The translations under genes and the position numbers were made by a program. The notes below the pieces were generated by a model that was not told the origin of the DNA, did no database searches, and worked only from the letters and a program-made list of their open reading frames with translations. This document shows positions 10,401-19,196 of a DNA stretch of 59,990 bases, piece after piece. Source of the stretch: Chitinophagaceae bacterium (lineage in GTDB: Bacteria > Bacteroidota > Bacteroidia > Chitinophagales > Chitinophagaceae); the NCBI GenBank assembly GCA_017744805.1, contig JAGIAP010000001.1:1-59990 (forward strand). Reading direction: 5' to 3'. Numbering within the stretch: the first letter of the stretch is position 1; every line of letters begins with the position of its first letter.

Positions 10401-10908
10401 CGGCTTCAATCTCGGCGCCAACTGGAATGGCTTCTCCGTGAATGCCAGCTTCACTTTCAGCGTTGGCAGCAAATTATATAACCTCGATGATCAGTACAGT
10501 CGCGTTTACAGCATCGACTGGTCAGGCGTAATGAATAACAGGCCTGAATATGCCACGGACAGATGGACAAAGCCGGGAGATAAGAGCTACTACCCGCGTG
10601 CCATCGTTGGGCCTCACGGTGCAGGTCAGACTGAAGACTGGAACACGCTTCCTTCCACTCATTATCTTTTCGATGCCTCTTATATGCGCCTGAGGAATGT
10701 GACCCTCTCTTACCAGTTCGACGAAAAACTGCTGAAGAAGGCTGGTATCCCCGCTATTCGTTTGTACACATCATTCCAGAATGTGTTCGTGATCAAGAAC
10801 AGGAACCTGAAACTGGCCGATCCTGAAGTAGGGATAGAAACAGGAATTCAATATTCCTTCGTTCCTATTCCAAGGACCATCGCATTTGGTATCGATGTCA
10901 CTTTATAA
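7444..10908 (+). CDS. SusC/RagA TonB-dependent transporter with N-terminal STN signalling domain (cassette A)
   Basis: STN ([22 protein letters not shown]), carboxypeptidase-like extension, plug [37 protein letters not shown], C-terminal [12 protein letters not shown]. Confidence 0.95.
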   Translation: [1154 protein letters not shown]

Positions 10909-10926
10909 TCAGTAAAAAATATTGAA

Positions 10927-12327
10927 ATGAAACGGAAATATTTCCTTCCCATACATATATGCATATTCTTCTGCTGCCTGTTTGCATCCTGCAGCAAAAT
11001 GCTGGACGATCCCTTTCCGGACACCAGTATCGGCGAGAACCAGATAAGGCCTGCAGATATCCCTTTGCTGGTGAATGGCGCCTATTCCAAGATACAGGGC
11101 TTCAGCAACCAGACCTATCCGTTATTCGATATCTATGGGGACGATGTGATCTCCATTCAGGGTGGAGCCGCCACCATGTATAATCCGCAAAGCTATGAGG
11201 CTTGTAATGTGAACCCCACCGATGGTCTTGGTAATGGTTCCTACTACAACGCTGCGTATACTGCTATCGGTAATGCCAATTTTGTGATCAATTTTATCAG
11301 GTCAAGAGGCATCACCACCCAGAACAAGGAATTGGGCGAAGCGCTGGCCATCCGCGGCCTCTGCTATTACCGCCTGGTGGAAGCATACAAAGGTGTGGTG
11401 ATCACCCTCGGAGGCAATGAGGACCCTGCTGAACTGAAACGCCCGAAGAATACGGAAGAAGAAGTATTCGAACGCATTTTTACTGACCTGGGCGATGCAG
11501 AAAAGCTCCTGCCTTCCTTCACTACCGCCAATGCCATGTCCAAAGAAGCCGTACAGTTATTGATGGCAAGGATTTACCTGAACAGGGGCGATAAAGTGAA
11601 TGCCAAAAAATATGCCGAGTGGGTGATCGGATCGCCCGCAACGGCGCTTACCTCAGATTTTACCAGCAATTTCCGGTTTGCCAATCCTGGCAATAAAGAG
11701 ATCATTTTCCGCCTGGTGGAAGGACCGTCTACCTACAGCTATGACCGTATGGGCATGTTCGCGTTGTTTAGTCCCGGTTTGCCATATCGAAGGCCAACCG
11801 GCGCAACAGGAAATGGACAGACCTGGCTCAATAGTGACCTGGTGACTGCCTATGAGCCCGGCGATATCCGCTTAGTAATGTTGAAGGACCAGTTCGCCAA
11901 CAGTGCGGGTAAAGTAGTCACTTTCCTGATGAAGTTCTCAACGGATACATTACAGGCTTCCAATCCATACGCCGTATATCCCATGATCAGGCTCAGCGAA
12001 GCTTACCTGATCTCCGCTGAAGTGGATGCCCGCAACGGCGTAGTGAACGTAACACGTTACAATGAATTGAGACAAAAAAGGAATCTGCCGGCAAAGAACA
12101 ATGGAGACTTTGCAAGTGCTGCTGCTTTCCTGAACGAGATCGAGTGGGAGCGAAGAAGGGAGTTTGTAGGTGAAGGCCTCCGCTGGCAGGATATGAAGCG
12201 GTTTAGCAAGGCCGTTAGTTGGCTATCCTCCAAAGGGCAGGATGAAACAAGACTGATTTTCCCTTTCCCCAATAGTGAATTGGTCAGGAACCCAAACCTG
12301 GAGCAGAACAAAGGATACAAATTGTAA
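10927..12327 (+). CDS. SusD/RagB lipoprotein (cassette A)
   Basis: Lipobox FASC; IRLSEAYL, ERRREFVGEGLRWQDMKR, NPNLEQNKGY. Confidence 0.95.
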   Translation: MKRKYFLPIHICIFFCCLFASCSKMLDDPFPDTSIGENQIRPADIPLLVNGAYSKIQGFSNQTYPLFDIYGDDVISIQGGAATMYNPQSYEACNVNPTDGLGNGSYYNAAYTAIGNANFVINFIRSRGITTQNKELGEALAIRGLCYYRLVEAYKGVVITLGGNEDPAELKRPKNTEEEVFERIFTDLGDAEKLLPSFTTANAMSKEAVQLLMARIYLNRGDKVNAKKYAEWVIGSPATALTSDFTSNFRFANPGNKEIIFRLVEGPSTYSYDRMGMFALFSPGLPYRRPTGATGNGQTWLNSDLVTAYEPGDIRLVMLKDQFANSAGKVVTFLMKFSTDTLQASNPYAVYPMIRLSEAYLISAEVDARNGVVNVTRYNELRQKRNLPAKNNGDFASAAAFLNEIEWERRREFVGEGLRWQDMKRFSKAVSWLSSKGQDETRLIFPFPNSELVRNPNLEQNKGYKL

Positions 12328-12343
12328 AGAAAGAAAAATAGAA

Positions 12344-13465
12344 ATGATGCTGAGATTATGGATGATGCAGGTGATGATCCTGTTGGTTGCTGGTAATGCA
12401 ATGGCCCAACCATTCACACTCAAAGGTAAATTGGGTAAGAAAGCGGAAGGGGAGAAGCTGATCCTTACTTACCAGAAAGGAGCTGTATACGAGTCTGATT
12501 CAACCATCGTAAAAAATGGGAAGTTCAGTTTCTCCGGTGAGCTCACGGAGCCGGTGAGAGCATATCTCAAGAGGGTGAATCCCGATCCTGCGAAAGCCTA
12601 TTTGCAAAATAATCCTGACAATACAGAGCTGTTCCTGGAGCCAGGCAAGATCACCCTCAGTTCTTCTGATGGGAAACTGAGCTCGGCCGCCATCAAGGGT
12701 GGTCCCGGGCAATCCGACTTCATGGTATTGCAGCAACGGTTGAAACCTTTCAATCAAAAGGTATCCCTGATCATGGATAGTATGGCAAAGGGGTATGGAG
12801 TGAATGATGAGGCGGTCCAAAAATATCAAAAGATGTACCATGAGGTAAATGCAGAAATGCGAGTGGTGAAAGCTGCCTTCGTTCCCGATTATCCGGATTC
12901 CTACCTGAGCCTTTCATTGGTAAAGGAAATGAGCTCCATCATCGATGTGCCCAAATTCGAGCCCTTGTTCAATGCACTCAGCGAACGGCTCAGGAACACG
13001 GCTACGGCTAAGACAATGGCTGCAAGACTGGAGATCGCAAAGAGAACGGCTGTAGGGCAGAAGGCACTGGACTTTGTGCTGAACGATACCACAGGCAAAC
13101 CTGTTTCGCTTTCATCCATGAAAGGGAAATATGTACTAGTGGATTTCTGGGCCAGTTGGTGTGGGCCCTGCCGGCTTGAAAACCCCTTCCTCGTAAAGGC
13201 CTGGGAGAAATACAAGAACAGGAATTTCCAGATCATCGGCGTTTCTCTCGATTCACATAAAGGATCCTGGGAGAAAGCCATCCGCGAAGATGGATTGAGC
13301 TGGATCCATGTCAGCGATCTGAAAGGAGGGAAGAACGAAGCCGCTATACTCTATGATATCAAGGCCGTGCCACAGAATTTCCTGGTGGATCCCAACGGAG
13401 TGATCATTGCCAAAAACCTGAGATCCCATCAACTGGAAGAGAAACTGAACGAAATATACAATTGA
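12344..13465 (+). CDS. TlpA-family thiol-disulfide oxidoreductase with DUF4369-like N-terminal domain (CGPC)
   Basis: Signal peptide ending AMAQ; GKYVLVDFWASWCGPCR; VPQNFLVDPNG. Start likely 12344 (track 12275). Confidence 0.93.
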   Translation: MMLRLWMMQVMILLVAGNAMAQPFTLKGKLGKKAEGEKLILTYQKGAVYESDSTIVKNGKFSFSGELTEPVRAYLKRVNPDPAKAYLQNNPDNTELFLEPGKITLSSSDGKLSSAAIKGGPGQSDFMVLQQRLKPFNQKVSLIMDSMAKGYGVNDEAVQKYQKMYHEVNAEMRVVKAAFVPDYPDSYLSLSLVKEMSSIIDVPKFEPLFNALSERLRNTATAKTMAARLEIAKRTAVGQKALDFVLNDTTGKPVSLSSMKGKYVLVDFWASWCGPCRLENPFLVKAWEKYKNRNFQIIGVSLDSHKGSWEKAIREDGLSWIHVSDLKGGKNEAAILYDIKAVPQNFLVDPNGVIIAKNLRSHQLEEKLNEIYN

Positions 13466-13495
13466 CCAGATAAGATTTATCCCGTTGAAAACTAC

Positions 13496-13532
13496 AGGGG
13501 CCGGCCTTATTAGGGCTGGTCCTTTTACTTTG
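13496..13532 (+). terminator. Intrinsic terminator ending cassette A
   Basis: G-U-containing hairpin AGGGGCCGGCCTT/AGGGCTGGTCCTT followed by TTACTTTG. Confidence 0.65.
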
Positions 13533-13572
13533 AGTGTGACCTCTTCTCGATTATTTCCATTACTTTCGTGCC

Positions 13573-13756
13573 GCATTTGGTTCTTAACATGATTTCACCA
13601 TGTTAGGATTAATAGGGAATCAGGTGAAAATCCTGAACAGACCCGCTACTGTAAGTTCTACTCAAACACTTTGACAAATCTACTCGCCACTGTTTTTAGT
13701 GAATAAAAATGGGAAGGCCGTTCAAAGTGAGAATAAGTCAGGAGACCTGCCAATGC
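13573..13756 (+). ncRNA. Cobalamin (B12) riboswitch
   Basis: Hallmarks in order: AATAGGGAATCAGGTGAAAATCCTGAACAG, CCCGCTACTGTAA, GCCACTG...GGGAAGGC, B12 box AAGTCAGGAGACCTGCC; P1 GCATTTGG/CCAATGC; upstream of a btuB-like gene. Confidence 0.95.
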
Positions 13757-13878
13757 AGCCAGGTTTTTAAGCTTTCGAGGATGAAGCTTGAATACAACTT
13801 CGACCCAATAATTTCAGGGTCTCTTTGTTTTCGTATATCATCCGGGTTAGCTATCCAACTACAATAATTATTGGATAT

Positions 13879-15951
13879 ATGTCAAACGCATTGAAAACGT
13901 TACTGGTAACGTTTTGTGCATGTATTGCCGTGGACCTGCATGCACAGCAAACCCGGCGCGATTCTTCGCGGGTGGATACCAGTGGTGTCAGAACCTTGCC
14001 CGGCGTTACCGTTTCCGGATCCACATTCAAAGAAGTGATCCCATCACAAAAGCTCTCCGGCGAAAAACTGAAGAGCCTGAATAGTTTTTCCGTAGCCGAT
14101 GCCATCCGCTATTTTGCCGGTGTGCAGCTCAAAGACTATGGTGGTATCGGTGGTCTCAAAACCGTTGACATGCGCAGTATGGGCACCAACCATATGGGCG
14201 TATTCTATGATGGCATTCAATTAGGCAACGCCCAGAACGGCCAGATAGACCTCGGTAAATTCTCCATGGATAATATCGAATCCATCTCCGTATACAATGG
14301 TCAGAAGAGCGATCTCATCCAATCCGCTAAAGATTATGGCTCTTCCGGCACCCTCTACCTGCGCAGTCGCAAACCAGTTTTCGATTCTTTGAAGAATACC
14401 AATTTCAAAGCCGTATTCAAAACAGGATCCTTCGATCTCATTAACCCTTCCATCTTGCTGGAACGTAAGCTCACCAGGAATATCAACGCCTCCTTAAGCA
14501 GTGAGTACATCAATTCCTCCGGTAAATATCCTTTCCGTTACAAAAGGGTGTTCAGTGGTTCAGGAAAAACGGCCTGGGACACCACTGCCATCCGCCAAAA
14601 CGGGGATATCGCTGCAGAACGGGTAGAGACTGGATTGTATGGAACCCTCAATGGTGGCGGTACCTGGACCACCAAGGCCTATTTCTACAATTCCGAAAAA
14701 GGAATTCCGGGCGCCATCGTCAACAATGTGTGGAAGCGAGCCCAAAGGCAGTGGGACAGGAATTTCTTTCTGCAAGGCAGTTTCATGAAGAATATCATCA
14801 ATAGTTATGATATACAGGTGAACGCGAAATACGCCAACGACTATCTCCGCTACCAGAATCCCGATACTACTCTACTCTATATCGATAATAAATTCTATCA
14901 GCAGGAATGGTATGCTTCTGTTGCCAACAAATACAGTCTTACAAAAAGGATCAATATTAACCTGGCAACGGATCTCCAGTACAATACACTCAAGTCCAAT
15001 ATGGATGGATTTGTGTTTCCCAAAAGGCTTACTACGCTGGTGGCATTGGCCGCCGCCGGCGATTTTGGTAAACTGAAGATGCAGGCCAGCTTGTTAGGCA
15101 CTTTCATCAGGGAACGCATCACCACCGGCAATACTTCAATTGGAGATTCCGCTATTTCCGCGCCTGCCAAAAACGAATGGACGCCTGCAGTTTTCCTTTC
15201 TTTCAAACCCTTTGCCAAATCGGATCTCAATTTCCGCGCCTTTTACAAGAATATCTTCCGGATGCCTACCCTCAATGATCTCTACTACACAGATCTGGGC
15301 AATATCAATCTGCAACCGGAATTCACTCATCAATACGATATCGGTGTCGCATACACTAAAAGTTTTCCAAAATCGATCGTGAATGAATGGCATATCCAGT
15401 CTGATCTCTATTACAACCAGGTCACCAATAAGATTGTGGCCGTGCCAAAGGGGAGTGGTATGTATCGCTGGATGATGATGAATTTCGGATATGTGGAGAT
15501 CCTGGGCCTGGATATCATATCCGATCTTGCTTTTGCGCTGCCAGCCAATATCGCCCTGAACTTCAGGGCCACTTACACCTATCAGAAAGCGCAGGATTTC
15601 ACCATCCGGAAAAGTACCGACTTGCAAAAACTCACCTGGGGTGGCCAGATCCCCTATATTCCCTGGCATAGCGGCTCCATCATTTCAAGTATCCGGTATG
15701 GCAACTGGCGATTGAACTACAGTTTCATCTATGTAGGCGAGCGCTACCATAACTCTGCCAATATTCCCGAGAATTATGAACAACCCTGGTATACCAGCGA
15801 TCTCTCTGCATCCAGGATATTCAGCTATAAGAAATACAACTTCAAAATTGCCGGTGAGCTCAATAATGTGATGAACCAGGATTTTGAGGTGGTATTGAAC
15901 TATCCCATGCCTAAACGAAATTTCAAGATCATCTTATCTGTTGAATTATGA
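13879..15951 (+). CDS. btuB: TonB-dependent cobalamin receptor
   Basis: Plug SVADAIRYFAGVQLKDYGGIGGLKTV..GNAQNGQIDLGKFS; ends YPMPKRNFKIILSVEL; downstream of B12 riboswitch. Start likely 13879 (track 13825). Confidence 0.88.
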   Translation: MSNALKTLLVTFCACIAVDLHAQQTRRDSSRVDTSGVRTLPGVTVSGSTFKEVIPSQKLSGEKLKSLNSFSVADAIRYFAGVQLKDYGGIGGLKTVDMRSMGTNHMGVFYDGIQLGNAQNGQIDLGKFSMDNIESISVYNGQKSDLIQSAKDYGSSGTLYLRSRKPVFDSLKNTNFKAVFKTGSFDLINPSILLERKLTRNINASLSSEYINSSGKYPFRYKRVFSGSGKTAWDTTAIRQNGDIAAERVETGLYGTLNGGGTWTTKAYFYNSEKGIPGAIVNNVWKRAQRQWDRNFFLQGSFMKNIINSYDIQVNAKYANDYLRYQNPDTTLLYIDNKFYQQEWYASVANKYSLTKRININLATDLQYNTLKSNMDGFVFPKRLTTLVALAAAGDFGKLKMQASLLGTFIRERITTGNTSIGDSAISAPAKNEWTPAVFLSFKPFAKSDLNFRAFYKNIFRMPTLNDLYYTDLGNINLQPEFTHQYDIGVAYTKSFPKSIVNEWHIQSDLYYNQVTNKIVAVPKGSGMYRWMMMNFGYVEILGLDIISDLAFALPANIALNFRATYTYQKAQDFTIRKSTDLQKLTWGGQIPYIPWHSGSIISSIRYGNWRLNYSFIYVGERYHNSANIPENYEQPWYTSDLSASRIFSYKKYNFKIAGELNNVMNQDFEVVLNYPMPKRNFKIILSVEL

Positions 15952-17096
15952 GAAAGTATACACTCTTTCAACTTGTAATGCTACTGCTGTGCTTGTCTTC
16001 TTGCAGAAAGGATATTGAAGTGCTCATGAATGAAGACAGCTCCCTGGAGCCACCCAGCTTTGATGGCTACGCTGGTTTTTACCTGTTGAACGAAGGCAAT
16101 ATGGGAAGTAATAAGAGCACGCTGGATTATTTCGATTATACTACCGGCACCTATCAACGAAATATTTACGGTGCCAGGAACCCAACGGTAGCCAAGGAAA
16201 TGGGCGATGTGGGCAATGATATCGCTATCTACGGCAATAAACTGTATGCAGTGATCAACGCATCCAATAAAGTGGAAGTGATGGATGCAAGGACCGCTAA
16301 AAGGATTGGGCAGATCGAGATACCCAATTGCCGCTATATTAAATTCGATAATGGGTATGCCTATATCACCAGTTATGCGGGCCCCATCGAGATCAATCCC
16401 AATTATGCGCAGAAAGGTTATGTGGCTAAAGTGGATACGCTAACGCTTCAGGTGGTATCAAAGTGTATCGTGGGTTACCAGCCGGATGAACTGGAAATAA
16501 CCAACGGTAAGATCTATGTGGCCAACTCCGGGGGATATATGGGAGCAGGCAATACTGAAAAATATGAACGGACAGTTTCCGTGATCGACCTGGCCAGTTT
16601 CAAAGAGGAAAAAAGGATCGATGTAGCCTACAATCTCCATCATATCAAAGTTGATAAGCGCGGGGATCTCTGGGTCACTTCGCGAGGTGATTATAAGAAA
16701 CTCCCATCCCGCCTTTATTTCATTGATAAAGACCAGCAGCAGGTAACCGATACATTGCCCATTGCCGTTAGTGAATTCTTCCTGGATGGCGACTCGCTTT
16801 ATACCTATAGCACCGAGTGGAGTTATGTTACCCATTCCAATGTGATCACCTATGGTATCGTCAATACGCGCACGCGAGAAGTGGTCACCCGATCATTCAT
16901 CACGGATGGTACCGATAAACAAATAGAGATCCCATATGGGATCATGGTGCATCCCGTTACAAAGAATATCTATGTAACAGATGCGGGTAATTATGTTTCG
17001 CCCGGTATGCTGTATTGTTTTACAAAAGATGGTAAGAAGAAATGGAGTGTACGTACCGGTGATATACCGGCGCATTTTGTGTTATTGCCGCAATGA
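15948..17096 (+). CDS. btuG: Surface beta-propeller lipoprotein, BtuG/YncE-like B12-binding protein
   Basis: Lipobox LSSC; LLNEGNMGSNKSTLDYFDY, GDVGND, TGDIPAHF motifs; overlaps btuB stop (ATGA). Confidence 0.82.
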   Translation: MRKYTLFQLVMLLLCLSSCRKDIEVLMNEDSSLEPPSFDGYAGFYLLNEGNMGSNKSTLDYFDYTTGTYQRNIYGARNPTVAKEMGDVGNDIAIYGNKLYAVINASNKVEVMDARTAKRIGQIEIPNCRYIKFDNGYAYITSYAGPIEINPNYAQKGYVAKVDTLTLQVVSKCIVGYQPDELEITNGKIYVANSGGYMGAGNTEKYERTVSVIDLASFKEEKRIDVAYNLHHIKVDKRGDLWVTSRGDYKKLPSRLYFIDKDQQQVTDTLPIAVSEFFLDGDSLYTYSTEWSYVTHSNVITYGIVNTRTREVVTRSFITDGTDKQIEIPYGIMVHPVTKNIYVTDAGNYVSPGMLYCFTKDGKKKWSVRTGDIPAHFVLLPQ

Positions 17097-17148
17097 TGAT
17101 AAAATTGTTCCGGTGAGCGTTCCTGGGATCATATAGACGGTTTGTCCC

Positions 17149-17841
17149 TTATGCTATCTTGGTTCCGAAAATATACCCGATCACTGCCGTCAATGCCATT
17201 GCGATAGTACCCCATACGCATATACGCACTACGGCCTTTGCTATCGGTGCACCGCCTGATCTGGCCGCGAAATAACCGGAAAAACCAAGGAAGAGGATAG
17301 CTGCCATATATTCCAGGATCACCATAGAATGCAGCGGAGCAATAAAGGTCAGCAACAATGGAAATATGCCACCTGCAAGAAAGGAAGCCGCAGAGGCCAT
17401 GGCTGCCTGAAGAGGCCTGGCCTTTGTGAAATCATTGATACCAAGCTCATCCCGTGCATGTGCTTCCAGCGCATTGTGGGCTGTAAGGCTTTGCGCCACC
17501 TGCATGGCCAGTTCAGCCGGCAGGCCGCGTTTTTCATAAATGCTGGCCAGCTCTTTCAATTCTTCTTCCGGCATAGTGCGCAGTTCCTCCCGTTCCCTGG
17601 CAAGGTCTGCTGATTCCAGGTCTGCCTGTGAGCTAACAGAAACGTATTCTCCCGCAGCCATGGAAAGAGCGCCTGCCACCAGTGCAGAAAGGCCGGCCAA
17701 TATGATGGCCTGCCTGGAGGTTTCGGCTGCAGCCACCCCAATAATCACACTGGCGGTGGACAAGATACCATCATTGGCGCCCAGCACCGCTGCGCGTAAC
17801 CATCCTACCCGGTCCATGAAATGATTCTCTGTTGTTATCAT
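17149..17841 (-). CDS. VIT1/CCC1-family Fe2+/Mn2+ transporter
   Basis: WLRAAVLGANDGILS, SMAAGEYVSVSSQAD, HARDELGI. Start likely 17841 (track 17880). Confidence 0.93.
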   Translation of the reverse strand: MITTENHFMDRVGWLRAAVLGANDGILSTASVIIGVAAAETSRQAIILAGLSALVAGALSMAAGEYVSVSSQADLESADLAREREELRTMPEEELKELASIYEKRGLPAELAMQVAQSLTAHNALEAHARDELGINDFTKARPLQAAMASAASFLAGGIFPLLLTFIAPLHSMVILEYMAAILFLGFSGYFAARSGGAPIAKAVVRICVWGTIAMALTAVIGYIFGTKIA

Positions 17842-17928
17842 TGATGATGATTTAAGTGTGCGGTATTGGAAAAATACCATTACTTAAATGTATACTCAAT
17901 TCTTAGAATAACCTGCGTTTGGTATGCA

Positions 17929-17961
17929 GAAAAAGAAGGCGCCTCATACGAGACGCCTTTC
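17929..17961 (-). terminator. Intrinsic terminator ending cassette B
   Basis: Stem AAGGCGCCTC/GAGACGCCTT, whose mismatch becomes G-U on the minus strand, followed by a T-tract on minus. Confidence 0.75.
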
Positions 17962-17988
17962 GGTAACAACTAACATGAATGAAAACAT

Positions 17989-19170
17989 CTATTCTCCAAA
18001 AACTTCTTTCAGTTTGGCGTCCAGTTGCTCACTTTCAAGGCCCAGCCATTTAGCGATCACTTTTCCATCTTTGTCCAGAAGTATTTTAGTGGGAAATCCT
18101 TCCACTCCATAGAGAGTGGGAAGATCGGTCTTGTCCTTTCCTGCATTATTGAGCACTTGCAACCAATTGATACGGTCTTCGTGAACGGCCTGTTTCCAGG
18201 ATTGGGTGGCTTCTGCCTCATCTGAACTTTTCTCGCATGCCACCCCAAGAATTTCCAGGCCTTTGCTTTTGTATTTCTCATACACTTCTTTCAAATGTGG
18301 ATGGCTTCTTCTGCAAGGCCCGCACCAGGAGCCCCAGAAATCCACCAAAACATATTTGCCCCTGAGGGAAGAGAGGGAGATGAACTGCCCATCCAGACCG
18401 GGCTTGGTGAAATCAGGAGCTACACTACCAATGGCAGTGGTGCGTGATGATTCTATTTTTGCTTCTACCATTTTCCCATATACAGAACCTTTATATTGGT
18501 CGGGCATATTCTTGTATGTTTTTGCCAGATCAACCGGTTTATAATCGGCGCTATTCATTGCAATCAGGTACATGCTGACAAAGGAGCCAGGGTAATCTGA
18601 AACAAATTGTTCCCGGATCTCTTTTCTTTTCTTACGTAGCTCGGTAAACTCTTTGGCGAAAGCCGCTTCCGATTCTTTCGTGTCTTTGCCTTCGCGGCGC
18701 AGGTTGTTGGATGCTTTCTGCATTTCCCAGGTTCTTTTGAAAACTTCATTTTCCTGGTTGTGGAGTTTTTGAAGGTCCTTGTTCAGCTCATCGCCCTTGA
18801 TAGTGGCCAGGTGGATATCTTCGGCTGTGCCTGAAATAGTAAGATGGGAATTATCATTAAGGATGATCTCCAGGGAAGGCGCTGGCACATATGGACTGTT
18901 AGGCTTCTTGCTCACCCGCAGGTTACGATCGAGGCCTGTATTTAGAAAAGCTACTACAGGTCCTGATGAGATATTCCCTTTCAGTTCAAAGCGATTGTTA
19001 TGCGCCTGTACCGAATCAACAACGGTTTTGCCTGATGCATCGCGATATCTCATATACATCATCAGGTTTCCCTGTCCTTTCAGTTTCCCTTTCACTGTGT
19101 AGCCACTTTGGGCTATCCCCTGGAATGCAGACATAGCGATAGCTGCAACCAGGATGGTTGATCTTTTCAT
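17989..19170 (-). CDS. TlpA-family thiol-disulfide oxidoreductase with DUF4369-like domain (CGPC), cassette B
   Basis: Signal peptide ending GIAQ; GKYVLVDFWGSWCGPCR; FPTKILLDKDG. Confidence 0.93.
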   Translation of the reverse strand: MKRSTILVAAIAMSAFQGIAQSGYTVKGKLKGQGNLMMYMRYRDASGKTVVDSVQAHNNRFELKGNISSGPVVAFLNTGLDRNLRVSKKPNSPYVPAPSLEIILNDNSHLTISGTAEDIHLATIKGDELNKDLQKLHNQENEVFKRTWEMQKASNNLRREGKDTKESEAAFAKEFTELRKKRKEIREQFVSDYPGSFVSMYLIAMNSADYKPVDLAKTYKNMPDQYKGSVYGKMVEAKIESSRTTAIGSVAPDFTKPGLDGQFISLSSLRGKYVLVDFWGSWCGPCRRSHPHLKEVYEKYKSKGLEILGVACEKSSDEAEATQSWKQAVHEDRINWLQVLNNAGKDKTDLPTLYGVEGFPTKILLDKDGKVIAKWLGLESEQLDAKLKEVFGE

Positions 19171-19196
19171 TGCTTTTTTTGTTATGGTTTTACTGA

